This document shows positions 43,810 through 45,962 of a stretch of DNA of 45,962 nt, piece by piece. The position numbers and the translations under genes were made by a program. The stretch covers positions 515,999 through 561,960 of the forward strand of contig WELB01000014.1 in the NCBI GenBank assembly GCA_009602725.1. The letters run 5' to 3'. Position 1 is the stretch's first letter; every line of letters begins with the position of its first letter. This stretch comes from Spirogloea muscicola. Taxonomy: Eukaryota. Under the pieces are notes generated by a model. That model had not been told where the DNA came from. It saw only the letters and a program-made list of their open reading frames with translations, and did no database searches.

Positions 43810-45962
43810 CTAAGCTTGCGTGAGAACACCCTTGGAGCTGCATGTGACAGGAGAGGAGAGTCAGTAGGGTGCATCATGTGGAGCCCAAGCAGAAAAGCTG
43901 GCGCAGAGCAGCTCGCAGAATACCACCCAAATTGACCTATTTCAGTTGCTTCAGGCACACCTTGGTATGCTTCCAGCTCGTCTTGCATCGACTTCAGTAG
44001 CCTTTTGCAGCGCCCGCGCAAAGGCCTTAAAAGTAGCCTCAATGATGTGATGAGAATTTTTGCCATCGAGCTGTGCAGACAACATAATTGTAGAAGTCAG
44101 TCTTCTTTGCCCTGCTTTCCTGGTGCATGAGCATCACTACTGGTGGCTTCGCCAAAACGTTTAACTGAGTCTAATTCTCATAAGAGAACATATTTACAAA
44201 GGATGTCAACCTGTCGTATGTGAAGCGTCATTCCTGAGTTGTTGACAAGAGACTGAAAAAAGTGCTCCACCAGCTGATTGACACAGACACGGCTTCAATA
44301 CATCTCTGTCCAAGTGCCAATGATAATGCACATGTGCCTACCACACATAGACATGACTTCAATGATGATAAGTGATGATACAAATCCAGACATCAGCACC
44401 ACAAGCCCTGCAAGCTGCGGCATCATAAGGTTCTACTTTTTGGGCTTGCCTGAGTATCGTAATTGCCGACACGCTGGGTAGGGATGGAGACATTGTATCC
44501 AAGATAAGGTCGCCCGGAAAGGTCCTGACATCACAGATACTTGCTTTTGTCAGAACCCATAAGCATCAGCAGACCTGGAGCAAGTCAGAAAAGATTGTCT
44601 ACCTTGAATGATATCCTGACATGCTGCTGTGTGCAACTACATCTTCTGATGGATTGCACTTTGTAGATTTCACGTTCCTCACCAGTACAACATGGATAAG
44701 AGCTTCATCCAGAGGTGCACTGAAGTCACCAAAACGTTGAATGCCTTTCCGATCTCCCAGGGCTTGAGCAAGTGCCTATGATTTTATTGTTGTGCAAATA
44801 CAGAACATGCTTTCAGCATGAGCACTCCTCTGCAACACTTAGAGACCTAACTTAGACTCAACAATAACAATCTTACCTACTCCATTGGCCTGCATGTGTA
44901 GGTTCTGGTGGTGATGTTTTACTGTCATAAGCAAGTACGACAGAACAGGCTACTGTGCAACTCGAAGGTACTCACGGTGCCAAGTGCCAAACCTATGTCT
45001 TCATTAGTGTGGTGATCATCAATGAATGTGTCACCCTCCGCACGAACAGTAACATCAAAGAGCCCGTGAGATGCCAGCTGCTGCTCAATTGAAGCAGGAA
45101 GCAGTCGAAGAAATAGTCAGTAACGCACGGCAGGTTCTCCTAGGTCAACTCCTGCCGCTCTTAAGGCTCATATAGCTGTATCGCATGAAGGCAGGCATCA
45201 AAGAGCATATTGTATATTGTCTGCATCATCGGAATGAAGCTATGTACAGCAGTCTGAGGTACTGGGCTTCGAAGCGGGCCGCTCAGTGCAAAGCACTCAC
45301 GTCAAGCATGTGATCCAGGAACGGAATGCCAGAGTCGGCAATGCAGAGGCCTGTTCCATCGAGGTTGATCGTGACCTCCACCTTCGTCTCCTTGGTCTTC
45401 CTTAGAACGGTGGCCGAGCGACCTACAAGGGAAAAGTCAACAACACTCAACATCCAAGACGGGCTAACGCAAGACGGAGGACATTCCTTCAAGCAGCCAT
45501 GCTCGAAGCTGCTCAATTACAAGGACAGAGCCTTTCCAGCGCCAGCCTATGTTGCTGCAATGTGCAGCCGGATGCTTTGGCCGCCGGCTGGCGTATGGAG
45601 GGCTCAGTTACTCCTAAATCTAATAGCTATCTAAAAGGCTAAACAATTACAGATACCTACTATATGGTAAATAGTTATATTCCTAGTGCAATTCATAAGA
45701 TTACTACATAACCCATTCCAGTTATTGTAGAATTGATACATTTGGTACACATATTGTAACCCTAGAGCATGCGCACCGGAGACTTCCGGAACCTGCGTCG
45801 CCGACGGCGCCGTGGCTGCGGCCCCGTTCTGGACGGCTCTCGCGGCCAGCCTCCGGCTCCCCGGCTTGGACGCTGGGCCGACGGCAGCCCTCGTCGCGGC
45901 GCTGTAGAGCGGGCAGAAGGGCGCCGCGCCGTCGCAGCGCGCGGCCGCGCCGGCGCGCCTCG
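43810..45962 (-). CDS. HISN5: Imidazoleglycerol-phosphate dehydratase (histidine biosynthesis); 5' end beyond the window
   Basis: [127 protein letters not shown]. Confidence 0.96.

Noticed and set aside
1..45962. CRISPR arrays, tRNA or rRNA genes, prokaryotic operons
   Set aside because: No regularly spaced repeat-spacer array or recognisable structural RNA gene was seen. The genes are spliceosomal and eukaryotic.

Overview
Eukaryotic, intron-rich, GC-rich genomic DNA. The gene set and protein sequences look like a streptophyte green alga or early plant lineage (inference; species not determinable). Ten spliced housekeeping genes were reconstructed by eye: INTS9-like (frameshifted), HOS1/ELYS-like (3' part only), V-ATPase c'' proteolipid, a PHD-SET-Tudor ASHH3/ASHR3-type histone methyltransferase, HOS15/TBL1, a TIC32-like short-chain dehydrogenase, TAF5, a Topors-like RING protein, a TAAC-like adenine nucleotide carrier and IGPD (HIS3/HISN5, runs off the window end). 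The most notable content is a family of restriction-like-endonuclease (RLE) non-LTR retrotransposons, probably CRE-clade-like. One copy is full length with an intact 1299-aa ORF (16531-20643, minus), and about nine truncated copies come from several diverged lineages. Several copies are nested inside each other with readable 5-7 bp target-site duplications. They end in CTT-rich tails rather than poly(A), and share a short 3'-terminal stem-loop or pseudoknot showing compensatory base changes. Also seen: one U12-type intron, five GC-AG introns, a tandem pseudo-exon duplication, and degenerate telomere-like tracts plus (GCC)n runs at gene 5' ends. All family assignments come from remembered motifs, not database searches. 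Two N gaps and two single-n joins limit interpretation.
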